Below, piece by piece: positions 41,832 to 52,645 of a DNA stretch of 64,000 bases. The DNA comes from Vicinamibacteria bacterium (GTDB lineage Bacteria > Acidobacteriota > Vicinamibacteria > Fen-336): the NCBI GenBank assembly GCA_025923995.1, contig JAICEW010000001.1, positions 4,513-68,512 on the forward strand, given 5' to 3'. Position 1 is the stretch's first letter; every line of letters starts with the position of its first letter. Made by a program: the position numbers and the translations under genes. Below the pieces are notes generated by a model. It saw only the letters and a list, made by a program, of their open reading frames with translations. It did no database searches and had not been told where the DNA came from.

Positions 41832-41836
41832 CGTGG

Positions 41837-43216
41837 CTACGGGATGTCGACGGCCGCAGTGTGCTCGATCCGGCCGCCGCCCACCAGGTCGCGCACGGTC
41901 AGCTTCACCATGTAGGTGCCGGGCACCGAGTTGGGATCCATCGTCAGGTTGGTGGTGAAGCTCGCGAACGCGCCCGTGGCCAGCGACGTGTTGCCCGCGA
42001 AGCGCTCGACGTCCGGCCGCGAGAGGCCTTCGATCACCACGCCGTCGGGGCCGATCGTCTCCACGTCCTCGGCCAGGTCGATCGCGAACACGTTCCCCTC
42101 CGGGCGCACCTTGAAGCCGGTCACCTGGATGCGGACGGTGACGCGCAGCGTTCCGCCCTCCCGCCGCTTCTCGACACCCAGGGGCTCGATGGTCATCACC
42201 CCGGTGCCGGTGTCGGGGATCGCGTTCTGCGGACGCTCGCCGCCCACCTCGATGTCGGTGATCTTCCAGGCGCCGCCCTGGTGCACGAGCTGGAACGACG
42301 CGTCCTCGGACTCGCCGCCCGTGCTGCGGAGCGACCCGCCCAGCGTCGCCGTCTCGTTCTGGATGTTGATGTTGGAGAAGCTCGAGTCCGCGTTCTGCGA
42401 GAACGAGGCGTGTTTCGCGGCGAAGGCCTGGAACGCCTCCTTCGACACCTCGGACTGGTAGGGCGGCGCCAGCCGCGCGTACGCCGCGTCGAGGTTGCCC
42501 GCCTTCACGTCGGCCAGCTGGGCCTTCACCTCGGCGGCGGGCGCCTGGATCGCGCGGTAGCCCTTGTAGACCGCGAAGCCGATCCCGCCCGCGATGAGCG
42601 AGCCGATCAGCAGGATGCTGCCGCAGCCGATGGCGACCCAGAACCAGACGCTGCGCCCCGAGCGCGCGGGTGCGGCCGCGGGCGCCTCGGCCGGCCCGAC
42701 GGGGCGCGGCGGACGCGCGGCGGGCGCGTGCCCGGGCGGTGGCGGCGGCAACGGCGGCGCGCCGGGAGCGGCCGCCGCGGGACGCGGAGCCGGAGGATAG
42801 GCCGGGGGAGCGACGGCGGCCGGCGGTGGCGGCGGGTGCGCGGGAGGAGGTGGCGGAGCGGCCGGTCGGACGGGCGGCGGCGCCGCCATGGGCGTGCCGC
42901 CCAGGATGGTGCCGTCCGTCTCGAAGCCGGGCGCACCCGCGATCTCGACGCGGAACGGGACCGCGCCGAAGCGGACCTCCTGGCCCGGACGCAGCAGCGC
43001 GTCGGCCACCCGCTGGCTGTCGAGGAACGTGCCGTTGGCGCTGCCCTCGTCGACCACGAAGTAGGCTGCGCCCCGCCGCTCGATGCGGGCGTGGCGGCGC
43101 GAGACCGAGCCGTCGTTGACGTAGATCTCGCACCCGGGCTCGCGGCCCACGACCGACACGTCCTGGCTGATGACGATGGGGGCGCCGATCGGTGGGATGA
43201 GCCGCAGACCAACCAT
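41837..43216 (-). CDS. FHA-domain membrane protein (N-terminal FHA, Pro-rich linker, one TM, periplasmic domain)
   Basis: FHA signature GREPGCEIYVNDGSVSRRHARIERRGAAYFVVDEGSANGTFLDSQRV. Pro-rich segment. TM helix VWFWVAIGCGSILLIGSLIAGGIGFAV. Confidence 0.75.
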   Translation of the reverse strand: MVGLRLIPPIGAPIVISQDVSVVGREPGCEIYVNDGSVSRRHARIERRGAAYFVVDEGSANGTFLDSQRVADALLRPGQEVRFGAVPFRVEIAGAPGFETDGTILGGTPMAAPPPVRPAAPPPPPAHPPPPPAAVAPPAYPPAPRPAAAAPGAPPLPPPPPGHAPAARPPRPVGPAEAPAAAPARSGRSVWFWVAIGCGSILLIGSLIAGGIGFAVYKGYRAIQAPAAEVKAQLADVKAGNLDAAYARLAPPYQSEVSKEAFQAFAAKHASFSQNADSSFSNINIQNETATLGGSLRSTGGESEDASFQLVHQGGAWKITDIEVGGERPQNAIPDTGTGVMTIEPLGVEKRREGGTLRVTVRIQVTGFKVRPEGNVFAIDLAEDVETIGPDGVVIEGLSRPDVERFAGNTSLATGAFASFTTNLTMDPNSVPGTYMVKLTVRDLVGGGRIEHTAAVDIP

Positions 43217-43293
43217 TCGCGATGACCTCCGCGACCCGAAGTGGCCGAGATTCTAGGGGCCCCCGTGAGGCGAGGTCAAACGTGGGCCCCTGG

Positions 43294-43322
43294 TTGACCC
43301 GGGTCGCCCCTGCGGATAGAAC
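43294..43322 (+). promoter_or_regulatory. candidate promoter of the ccm operon (-35 TTGACC, 17-nt spacer, -10 TAGAAC); would give a near-leaderless ccmA mRNA
   Basis: TTGACC at 43294-43299 and TAGAAC at 43317-43322. ccmA ATG at 43329. Confidence 0.25.
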
Positions 43323-43328
43323 GCCTTG

Positions 43329-44012
43329 ATGGGCTCATCGGACCTCGCGGTCGAGACGCACGACCTCGGTCGCCGCTTCGGCCGCCGCTGGGCGCTGGCC
43401 GAGGTGACCCTCGGCGTGCCCGCGGGCGCGCGCGTGATGGTCACTGGCCGCAACGGGTCCGGCAAGTCGACGCTGCTGCGCGTGCTGGCGACCGCCAGCC
43501 GCGTCGACCGGGGCCTGGCGCGGGTGGCGGGGTTCGACGTCAAGCGCCAGCGCAGTCAGGTGCGCCAGCGCGCCGCGCTGCTCGGTCACCACTCGTACCT
43601 GTACGAGGCGTTCTCCGCGCGGGACAACCTCACCGCGGCGGCCCGCTTCCTGGGCGCGCCCGCGGAGCGGGTCGAAGGGCTGCTCGAGCGGGTGGGCCTG
43701 GCCGCGCGGGCGGAGGACCCCGTCTCCGTGTTCTCCGCGGGGATGCGCAAGCGCCTCTCGCTGGCCCGGGCGCTGCTGCAGGAGGCGGACGTCCTTCTGC
43801 TGGACGAGCCGTACGGCGAGCTGGACCCGGCCGGGTTCGCGCTGCTCGACCGCGTGCTGGACGAGCAGCGGTCGCGGGGCCGGACGGTGCTGCTGGCCAC
43901 GCACCTGCTGGAGCACGGCCGCGAGCGGTGCGATCAGGCCATCGCACTCGACGAGGGACGGCTGGTGTGGTCGGGCCCGGCGAAGGACCTGCCGGTGCCG
44001 GGCGCGCCGTGA
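43329..44012 (+). CDS. ccmA: heme exporter ATP-binding protein CcmA
   Basis: Walker A GRNGSGKST, ABC signature SAGMRKRLSLA, Walker B LLLDEP. Context with ccmB and ccmC. Confidence 0.85.
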   Translation: MGSSDLAVETHDLGRRFGRRWALAEVTLGVPAGARVMVTGRNGSGKSTLLRVLATASRVDRGLARVAGFDVKRQRSQVRQRAALLGHHSYLYEAFSARDNLTAAARFLGAPAERVEGLLERVGLAARAEDPVSVFSAGMRKRLSLARALLQEADVLLLDEPYGELDPAGFALLDRVLDEQRSRGRTVLLATHLLEHGRERCDQAIALDEGRLVWSGPAKDLPVPGAP

Positions 44013-44031
44013 GGCCCGGGGGGCGCGCGAA

Positions 44032-44700
44032 GTGATGACGCACCTGCTGGCCGCCCTGCGCAAGGACTTCCTGCTGCAATGGCGCACGCGGGCGCAGGCG
44101 ATCGCCGTCTACGCCTTCGGCGCGTCCGCCCTGCTCCTCTTCAGCTTCGCGGTCGGTCCGGTGGCGGCGACCCTGCGCGAGCACGCGGCCGGCTTCCTGT
44201 GGCTGGGGCTGCTGCTCTCGTCGACCTTGACGCTCGCGGAGAGCTTCCACGCGGAGGCGGAGCAGCACGCGCTGGAGGGGCTGCTGCTGCTGCCCGTGGC
44301 CCCCGCCGCGCTGTACTACGCCAAGGCGCTCGCGAACGCCGCGGCGCTTTCCTTGATGGGAGCCGCCCTCATCCCCGTGATGGTGATACTGTACGATGCG
44401 GCGACGCCGCGGGTCCCGGCCCTCCTCGGGATCGTGCTGCTCGGCTCGGCAGGCCTCTCGGCGCCCGGAACCCTTTACGCGGCCATGACCTCCCAGGCCC
44501 GAGCCCGGCAGACCCTGCTCCCGCTCCTGCTGTTCCCGCTCGTGGTGCCCGTTCTGCTCGCGGCGGTCAAGGCCACGTCCCTGATCATTCACGGCGATCC
44601 CATGGGCCAGATCCGGTCCTGGTCGCTGCTGCTCGTCTGCTTCAACGTCATCCATTGGTCGTTGTGCGGGCTGCTGTTCGAGCGGGTGGTGGAGGACTGA
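44032..44700 (+). CDS. ccmB: heme exporter membrane protein CcmB
   Basis: Six-TM CcmB-like sequence; position between ccmA and ccmC. Confidence 0.85.
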   Translation: MMTHLLAALRKDFLLQWRTRAQAIAVYAFGASALLLFSFAVGPVAATLREHAAGFLWLGLLLSSTLTLAESFHAEAEQHALEGLLLLPVAPAALYYAKALANAAALSLMGAALIPVMVILYDAATPRVPALLGIVLLGSAGLSAPGTLYAAMTSQARARQTLLPLLLFPLVVPVLLAAVKATSLIIHGDPMGQIRSWSLLLVCFNVIHWSLCGLLFERVVED

Positions 44701-44702
44701 CG

Positions 44703-45413
44703 ATGGCCACAAGCAAGACGCCGTACGCCTGCATCGGCCTGGCGGTGACGCTCCTCGTCTGGGGCTCCGTCTGGGGCCTGTTCTACGCACCGGCCGAGAC
44801 CTACATGGGGGACGTGCAGCGCATCATGTACGCCCACGTTCCCACCGCGTGGAACGCGATGCTGGCACTCAGCTTCGCCTTCCTGTGCGCCCTGATGTCG
44901 CTCTGGCGATCGGAGATGGCCTGGGACAACCGTCTCGAGGCCGCGCTGGAGGTGGGGGTCGTCCTCTCCGCGCTGCTGTGCATGCAGGGCGCGATCTGGG
45001 CCAAGCCCACCTGGGGCGTGTGGTGGGACTGGGATCCCCGGCTCACCACCACCGCCGTGATGGTCTTCGCGTTCGGGGCCATCCTGGCCCTGCGCCAGTT
45101 CGTCGAGGACCCCGTGAAGCGCGCCACCTGGTCGGCGGTGGCCACCGTCATTGCGTTCGCCGACGTGCCGATCGTCTACTTCTCGGTGCGCTGGTGGAAC
45201 TCGCTGCACCAGCTCCAGTCGTCGCCGGAGACGGTCTCGAAGGCGTTCCACTGGCCGCTGCGCATCAACGCGTTCGGCATCCTGTTCCTCATGATCGGGC
45301 TCATCTCGTTGCGCACGCGCGTGGCCGCGCTGCGCCGCGAGGAGGAGCTGGCCCCGCCGTTGCCCGAGACCGCGCCCCGGCGCGCGCCGATCGCGGAAGG
45401 AGCTCGCTCGTGA
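44703..45413 (+). CDS. ccmC: heme exporter protein CcmC
   Basis: WWD motif WGVWWDWDPRLT and conserved His residues. Confidence 0.9.
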   Translation: MATSKTPYACIGLAVTLLVWGSVWGLFYAPAETYMGDVQRIMYAHVPTAWNAMLALSFAFLCALMSLWRSEMAWDNRLEAALEVGVVLSALLCMQGAIWAKPTWGVWWDWDPRLTTTAVMVFAFGAILALRQFVEDPVKRATWSAVATVIAFADVPIVYFSVRWWNSLHQLQSSPETVSKAFHWPLRINAFGILFLMIGLISLRTRVAALRREEELAPPLPETAPRRAPIAEGARS

Positions 45414-45565
45414 ACACCGGTGTCATCCAGGGCGGATGGGAGTTCGTGTGGGCCGCGTACGCGGTGACCGCGACTATACTGACGGGCTATGGCCTCTCGA
45501 TCTTCTCCCGCTACCGCGCGGCGCTGCGCCGCCGCTCCGCGGCGGGTCCGGGGGTGACGCGATGA
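45410..45565 (+). CDS. ccmD: heme exporter protein CcmD (51 aa, single TM)
   Basis: GTG start overlapping the ccmC stop (GTGA) with GGAAGGAG 7 nt upstream. Hydrophobic WEFVWAAYAVTATILTGYGL followed by an Arg-rich tail. Its stop overlaps the ccmE ATG (ATGA). Confidence 0.6.
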   Translation: MNTGVIQGGWEFVWAAYAVTATILTGYGLSIFSRYRAALRRRSAAGPGVTR

Positions 45566-46035
45566 GCCGCGGGCGCTGGGCCGCGATCGGCGCGCTGGTG
45601 GCCGCCGGCGCCGCCCTGCTCGCCATCACGGCGGGCGGGATCGGCCAGAACCTCGTCTACTACTGGGGGCCCACCGAGCTGCACGCGGCGGGGCCCAAGG
45701 CGGTCGGCGCCAGCATCCGCCTCGGCGGGCTGGTGGCGCCCGGGTCCATCAAGAAGGGCGAGGGCGCCTCGCACGTCGAGTTCGACGTCATCGACCGGCC
45801 CGGCGGCCGCGTGCACGTGAAGTGCACCGGCGTCCCGCCGCAGATGTTCCGCGAGCAGATCGGCGTGGTGGTGGAGGGCACCATGGACAAGGCGGGCTAC
45901 TTCGACGGCCGCCGGCTCATGGTGTCGCACAGCAACGAGTACCGCGTGCCCGGGGACGGCGAGGCGGTCGACGTCCAGAAGGCGATGCGCTCGACGCAGG
46001 GGCTGGACGAGCGCCCGAAGCCGAAGGAACCGTGA
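45562..46035 (+). CDS. ccmE: cytochrome c-type biogenesis heme chaperone CcmE
   Basis: N-terminal TM anchor, OB-fold, conserved heme-binding His in ...VMVSHSNEY. Confidence 0.9.
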   Translation: MSRGRWAAIGALVAAGAALLAITAGGIGQNLVYYWGPTELHAAGPKAVGASIRLGGLVAPGSIKKGEGASHVEFDVIDRPGGRVHVKCTGVPPQMFREQIGVVVEGTMDKAGYFDGRRLMVSHSNEYRVPGDGEAVDVQKAMRSTQGLDERPKPKEP

Positions 46036-48034
46036 CCGCCGCCGCCGGACGCTTCCTCATCCTGATCGCGCTGCTCGTCTCCTCGGCGGGCGCGATCGTC
46101 GGCTTCGCGGCCGGAGCCCGCGGCTCGGCCGCCGGCTGGCGGCTGACCCGCGGGTTCGCGTACGCGTTCGCGGCGGCCATGGCCGCCGCCAACGTCCTCA
46201 TGATGGCGGCCCTGCTGCTGCGCGACTTCAGCGTCAGCTACGTGGCCCACGTCGGATCGCGCTCCGTGCCCGACTGGGTCGCGCTCGTCAGCCTGTGGTC
46301 CTCGCTGGAGGGATCGATCCTCTTCTGGGGCCTGATCATCGGCGCGTACGTCGCGGTCGCCACCTGGCGCAACCGCGCGCTGCACCCCGAGTACATGCCG
46401 TACGCCACGGCGGTGTGGCTCGCCTGCGGCGCGTTCTTCAGCTTCCTGCTGGCCGGCCCCGCCCAGCCCTTCGGCAGCGTCTTCCCGGTGCCCGCGGACG
46501 GCCCGGGCCCGAACCCGCTGCTGCAGAACCACGTGCTGATGATCGTGCACCCGCCGTTCCTCTACCTGGGCTACGTGGGGATGACGATCCCGTTCGGCCT
46601 GGCCTCGGCCGCGCTGCTCACCGGACGGCTCGGCCACGACTTCCTGCGCCCCCTGCGCAACTGGCTGCTGCTGCCCTGGGTCTTCCTCACGGTCGCGATC
46701 GTGCTGGGCGGATGGTGGGCCTACGAGGTGCTGGGCTGGGGCGGCTACTGGGCGTGGGATCCGGTGGAGAACGCGTCGTTCCTGCCCTGGCTGACCGCGA
46801 CCGCGGCGCTGCACTCGGCGCTGCTCACCGAGCGCAAGGGCGCGCTCAAGGGCTGGACGGTCACGCTGGTCATGGCCACGTTCCTGCTCACGATCCTGGG
46901 GACGTTCATGACCCGCTCGGGCGTCTTCAACTCGGTGCACTCGTTCACGCAGAGCGCGATCGGCCCCACCATCCTGGTCTTCCTGGCGCTGGCGCTGTTC
47001 TGGTCGGTCGGCCTGCTGGCGATGCGCATCGACCGCCTCACGGCGGAGGGATCGCTGTCGGTCGGGGCCAGCCGTGACTCGATGTTCCTGGTCAACAACC
47101 TGCTCTTCGTGCTGTTCACGTTCACGGTCCTCATCGGCACCACCTTCCCGCTGATCGTCGAAGCGGTGCGCGACGTGCAGATGAGCGTCGGGCGGCCGTA
47201 CTTCGACCGCATGGCGGTCCCGGTGGGCGTGAGCCTGCTGCTGCTCATGGGCGTGGGGCCGGCGCTGCCTTGGGGGCGGGCCACCGCGGAGCAGGTGCGG
47301 CGCGCGCTGCTGGCTCCCATCGGCGCCGGCCTGGTGGTGGCCGCGATCGCGTTCGCGCTGGGCGTGCGTGTGCCCTGGACGCTGGTGACGCTCTGCTTCG
47401 CCGGCTTCACCGCCTTCGTCACGCTGCGGGAGCTGGCGGTACCGCTCCTGCGCCGGATGCACGCGCACGGCGAAGGGTTCGGCCAGGCGCTGCTCGAGTC
47501 GCAGGTCCTCCGCGGCCACCGCCGCACGGGGGCGTACGTGGTGCACGCGGGCGCCGTGATCGCGTTCTCCGCCATCGCCGTCAGCAGCACCATGGGCACC
47601 TCGATCGAGGTGCAGCTGAGCGAAGGACAGACCGCGAAGCTGGGCGCGTACGAGCTGACCTTCCTCAAGGCGGAGCGCGTGCAGGAGCCCCATCGCGAGG
47701 CGCTGGTGGCGCGCGTGGCCGTCACGCGCGGCGGCCGCGACCTGGGCACGCTCAGCCCCGGCATGAACCAGTACGAGAACCAGCGCGAGCCCATCGGCAC
47801 GCCGGACGTGCGCACGTCGCTGTTCGAGGACCTGTACCTCTCGGCACTCAACGTCGATCCCGAGGGCCAGACCCTGGGCCTGCACGCGATGATCAACCCG
47901 ATGGTCGCCTGGATCTGGGCGGCAGCCGCGATCATGGCGCTGGGCGGGCTGGTCGCGCTGGTGCCCGCGCGGCGCCTGGCGCAGAGTCCGCAGGTCCAGC
48001 CGGCGGTGACGACCGCGCCGGTGGCGACGCAGGG

Positions 48035-48038
<4 letters not shown>
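46032..48038 (+). CDS. ccmF: cytochrome c-type biogenesis protein CcmF
   Basis: WWD motif WGGYWAWDPVEN; multi-TM. GTG start overlapping the ccmE stop (GTGA). Confidence 0.9.
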
Positions 48039-48591
<553 letters not shown>

Positions 48592-48595
<4 letters not shown>

Positions 48596-49191
48596 GGGGA
48601 CTGCGCGCGGCGCTGGTGGCGGGCGTGCTGGGGGCAGCGACGATGTCCTCGGGCCAGGAGGCGAAGCCGGCGGCCGATCCGTCGACCGTGGTGGGCCCCC
48701 CGCGCGCGGGCGCGCTCACCGGCGACGCCCTCGAGAAGCGAACGCACGAGGTGGCGGCGCTGCTGCGCTGCCCCGTCTGCCAGGGCCTCTCGGTGGCCGA
48801 CTCGCCGTCCACCATGGCCACCAACATGCGTGGACAGGTGCGCGACCTGGTCGCGGCCGGCTACGACCAGGAGCAGATCCTCGCCTACTTCGAGCGCTCG
48901 TACGGCGAGTTCGTGCGGCTGCAGCCGCCGCTGCGCGGCGTGAACTGGCTGGTCTGGCTCGCACCCATCGTGGGGCTGCTGGGCGGCGGTGCCGTCGTCT
49001 GGTGGGCGCTGCGCCGGCCGCACGCGGGGGACGCCGTGACGACCGAGCCGTTGGGCGAGGTGCCGGGCCGCGACACCCTGCCCGAGGATTCCGGCCTCGC
49101 GCCCTTCGTCCTGCGCATCCGTGAGCGCGCCTACGGCTGGCCGGGCGGCGTCTCGCCCGGGGCGAAGACCGCGGCGGAGCCGGTCGCCTAG
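48592..49191 (+). CDS. ccmH: cytochrome c-type biogenesis protein CcmH
   Basis: LRCPVCQ motif, C-terminal TM. ATGA overlap with the ccmG stop. Confidence 0.8.
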
Positions 49192-50576
49192 TGGAGCAAG
49201 TCGCGTGGGGCTGGCCGGTCGGCATGCTGGCCGCCGGCCTGTTGATCGGCCTGGCGCTCCTGTGGCGCATGCGCGCGGGCGCGCCGGAGGCGGCTCCGGC
49301 GGCCGCGATACCGCTCGAGCTGCGTGACCTCGATGGGCGGCTGGAGGCGCTGCTGCGACAGCTGCGCGAGATCGAGGACCTGGCCGACAAGCGCAGCCCG
49401 GAGCAGGTGGCGCGCGAGCGGTACGCGCTCGAGCTGGAAGCCGCGACGGTCCTCCGCGACCGCGAGCGCGGCCTGGCGCGGCTCGGGTCGCCGTCGAAAA
49501 AGGCCAAGGCGGGCCCGGCTCCCGCCGCGGCGGCGGCTCCGCCGCCGGCGCCGACCGGCTTCCTGGCCACGCGTCCGGGGCTCCGTGGCTTCGTGTGGGG
49601 CACGGTGACGGCGGCGTCGCTGGCGGCGCTGGTCTTCGTCGTGTGGCGCCAGGCCAAGCCCCGCGAGGAGGGTGGCAGCGTGACGGGCGAGATCCCGACG
49701 GCAGGCCGCGGCGCGGCGACGGCTCCGGACGACGAAATGGCGCAGCTCACGGCCGCGATCGCCGAGCATCCCGCGGACCTGGAGCTGCGCATGGCGCTGG
49801 CGCAGCTCCATCTCCGGCGGCGCGACCTCATGGGCGTGTGGAACGAGACGCAGCTGATCCTCGAGAAGCAGCCAGGCCATCCGCGCGCGCTGGCCTACCA
49901 GGCGCTGGTGCGCCTCGCGATGGGCCAGGCGGAGGTGGCGGACTCGATGCTGCAGCAGGCGATCAAGAGCGACCCGAACCTGGTCGAGGGCTACCTCCAC
50001 CTCGCGCTCGTCTACATGCGCACCGGCCGCGAGAAGGAGGCGGACGCGCTCATGAAGCAGGCCTCGCAGCGATTCCCCGCGCAGGCGCCGATGTTCGCGC
50101 GCGCGATGGCCGAGATGCGGGCGGCCGGGGCCGAGCCGGCCCCGGAGGGCGACCCGCACGCGGATGTTCCCGCTCCCGGGTCCCAGGCGGACGCGGGGAC
50201 CTCTTCTGCGCCCGCCCCGCCCCCGCGAGCCGCGGAGGCCCCGCCCGCCGGCCCCGGTCTCTCCGGCGTCATCGAGCTGCCGGACGCCCTGCGCGCGCGC
50301 GTCGGTCCCGGGGCGCTGGTGTTCCTGACCGTGCGCGAGTCCGGCGCGACCGAAGGCCCGCCGGTCGCGGTCAAGCGGCTCCCGGCGTCGTTCCCGCTGG
50401 CGTTCGCGGTCGGCCCCGGCGACTCGATGATGGGCCAGCCGCTGCCCGCGCGCGCTCGGGTGGAGGCGCGCGTCGACTCGGACGGGGATCCGCTCACGCG
50501 GGTCGCCACCGATCCGTCGGCCCGGCTCGACGGCGTGGCCGCCGGCAGCACCAAGCTGCGCCTGGTGCTCCAGTAG
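49191..50576 (+). CDS. ccmI: cytochrome c-type biogenesis protein CcmI/CycH-like (TM plus TPR)
   Basis: N-terminal TM segments, TPR-like C-terminal region. GTG start overlapping the TAG of ccmH (TAGTG). Confidence 0.65.
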   Translation: MEQVAWGWPVGMLAAGLLIGLALLWRMRAGAPEAAPAAAIPLELRDLDGRLEALLRQLREIEDLADKRSPEQVARERYALELEAATVLRDRERGLARLGSPSKKAKAGPAPAAAAAPPPAPTGFLATRPGLRGFVWGTVTAASLAALVFVVWRQAKPREEGGSVTGEIPTAGRGAATAPDDEMAQLTAAIAEHPADLELRMALAQLHLRRRDLMGVWNETQLILEKQPGHPRALAYQALVRLAMGQAEVADSMLQQAIKSDPNLVEGYLHLALVYMRTGREKEADALMKQASQRFPAQAPMFARAMAEMRAAGAEPAPEGDPHADVPAPGSQADAGTSSAPAPPPRAAEAPPAGPGLSGVIELPDALRARVGPGALVFLTVRESGATEGPPVAVKRLPASFPLAFAVGPGDSMMGQPLPARARVEARVDSDGDPLTRVATDPSARLDGVAAGSTKLRLVLQ

Positions 50577-51856
50577 TGGCGAAGCCACCCGCGTCGACCG
50601 CGCCGGCGGTCCCGGTGAAGCGCGTGCACCTCGTCCTGCTGACGCTGCTGGGCGCGGCCGTCGCCGCCTGGTCGTTCGTCCTGCTGCGCGCGCAGAACGC
50701 GCCCGAGACCGTCTGCACCGAGGGGGGCGGCTGCGCGAGCCTGTGGACCGCGCCGTTCGCGCTCACCGTGCAGCGGATCACGAGCGTGCCCGTCGCGGGC
50801 TGGGGGCTGGTGTGGGGGCTGGCCGCGGCGGGGCTGGGCCTCGCCGCCCTCGTCCGCCTCGGGCGCCGGCCCATCGACGCCATCGTCACCTCGCTGCGCC
50901 TGCTCTCGGCCGCGGGGCTGCTGGGCGTGTTCGCGCTGGTGGGGGTGATCGTCTCCGAGCGCACGTTCTGCCCGCCATGCGCCGGAGCGCACGCGCTGGT
51001 GCTGGCGCACGCGGGCGTGGCGCTGTTCGCCTGGCGGCGGCTGGGCCTCGAGCGGCCGGGGCCGGGCGCCGTCCTGGCCGGGGGCTCGCTGCTGTGGGCC
51101 TACCTGGTCGTCGCGTTCACCGCGGGCTCGGTGCCCGCGAGCGCGGTCCCGGCGGCGAAGCCCGACGCCACCGCGGACGCGGCGCTGCGTGAGTTCATCG
51201 AGAAGATGCCACCCCCGGGACGGCAGGCGCTGGCCGACGCGCTCGGGCGGATGCGGCGCGGCCCCGCGCTCACGCTGCCGCCGCCGCGGACGCTGCGCGG
51301 GCCCGCGACCGCTCCCGTGCGCTTCACCGAGTTCACGGACGTGCGCTGCAGCCACTGCGCGGAGCTGCACCAGGTCTGGGAGCGGCTGGAGCCGACGCTA
51401 CCGGCCGGCAGCTTCAACGTCGAGTCGCGCTTCTACCCGCTGGACGGCGGCTGCAACCCGGCCATGCGAGGCCCGGCGCGCGACCCCGTGCGCTGCCTCG
51501 CCCCGCGGGTGCAGATCTGCCGCGAGAAGGAGCCGGGCGGCGGGCCGGCACTGGCCGGCACGCTCTTCAAGGAGCAGCGGACGCTCACGCCCGAGCGGGT
51601 GTACGAGCTGGCCGGAGGCGACCGCGCGGCGCTCGACGCGTGCGCCTCCAGCGCAGAGACGCGCTCGAAGCTGGAGGGCGACGTCGCGCTTGCACAGCAA
51701 TACGACCCGGACGGCACGCCGCTGGTCCTGGTCAACGGTCGGCTGGGCAGCGCGCAGCCTCCGTTCCTGTACGCGATCGTGCTGGCCCAGGGCTCTCCGG
51801 ACCACCCGGCGTTTTCCGTGCTGCCGCCCGCCGACCCCAACGCCCACATCCACTAA
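50576..51856 (+). CDS. VKOR (vitamin K epoxide reductase-like) and DsbA-like thioredoxin fusion protein
   Basis: VKOR CxxC (CTEGGGC) in a multi-TM N-terminal half. DsbA-like half with CSHC. GTG start overlapping the ccmI TAG. Confidence 0.75.
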   Translation: MAKPPASTAPAVPVKRVHLVLLTLLGAAVAAWSFVLLRAQNAPETVCTEGGGCASLWTAPFALTVQRITSVPVAGWGLVWGLAAAGLGLAALVRLGRRPIDAIVTSLRLLSAAGLLGVFALVGVIVSERTFCPPCAGAHALVLAHAGVALFAWRRLGLERPGPGAVLAGGSLLWAYLVVAFTAGSVPASAVPAAKPDATADAALREFIEKMPPPGRQALADALGRMRRGPALTLPPPRTLRGPATAPVRFTEFTDVRCSHCAELHQVWERLEPTLPAGSFNVESRFYPLDGGCNPAMRGPARDPVRCLAPRVQICREKEPGGGPALAGTLFKEQRTLTPERVYELAGGDRAALDACASSAETRSKLEGDVALAQQYDPDGTPLVLVNGRLGSAQPPFLYAIVLAQGSPDHPAFSVLPPADPNAHIH

Positions 51857-51892
51857 CATGGAAGCCGTCCCGCTCTTGCTGGAGGTCTGGCC

Positions 51893-52636
51893 ATGAAGCG
51901 CCTGCTCGCATCCGGTCTGGTCCTGTTCGCGCTGGCGGCGGCGAACGCCGCGGGGGCCGCCGAGCAGAAGGTCTCGTTCGGGACCGGCGGCTCGGGCCTG
52001 CTGGTGACGCCGGAGGGCAAGGGCCCGAGCCCGGCCATGATCGTGATCCAGGAGTGGTGGGGGCTCGACGACTGGGTCAAGGACCAGGCGCGCGCGCTGG
52101 CGAAGGAAGGCTACGTCGCGCTGGCCGTGGACCTCTACCGCGGCAAGGTCACGAGCAAGCAGGAAGAGGCGCACCAGTTCATGATGGGCCTGCCGCCGGA
52201 GCAGGCGATGGGGGACCTGAAGGCGGCGTACGCGCTGCTGTCGGCGCGGCCCGACGTGAAGAAGGACCGCATCGGCGCGATCGGCTGGTGCATGGGCGGG
52301 AAGTACACGCTGGCACTCGCCACCGAGGAGCCGAGGCTGGCGGCCGCCGTGCCGTACTACGGCGCGCCTCCGACGGACCCCGCGGCCATCGGCCGGATCG
52401 CGGCGCCCGTCCTCGGCAACTACGGCGGCGAGGACAAGGGGCCGTCGCCCGAGCAGGTGAAGACGTTCGAGGCCGAGATGAAGAAGCAGGGCAAGAGCGT
52501 CGACATCAAGATCTACGAGGGAGCGCCCCACGCCTTCGCCAACCCCAACAATCCCTGGGGCGGCTACCGCGAGGCGGCCGCGAAGGACGCCTGGTCCCGC
52601 ACGACCGCGTTCCTGGCGAAGAACCTGAAGAAGTAG
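51893..52636 (+). CDS. dienelactone hydrolase family protein (secreted)
   Basis: Signal peptide. Nucleophile elbow GWCMGG; DLH-family length and order of catalytic residues. Confidence 0.8.
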   Translation: MKRLLASGLVLFALAAANAAGAAEQKVSFGTGGSGLLVTPEGKGPSPAMIVIQEWWGLDDWVKDQARALAKEGYVALAVDLYRGKVTSKQEEAHQFMMGLPPEQAMGDLKAAYALLSARPDVKKDRIGAIGWCMGGKYTLALATEEPRLAAAVPYYGAPPTDPAAIGRIAAPVLGNYGGEDKGPSPEQVKTFEAEMKKQGKSVDIKIYEGAPHAFANPNNPWGGYREAAAKDAWSRTTAFLAKNLKK

Positions 52637-52645
52637 GGCCGGCCC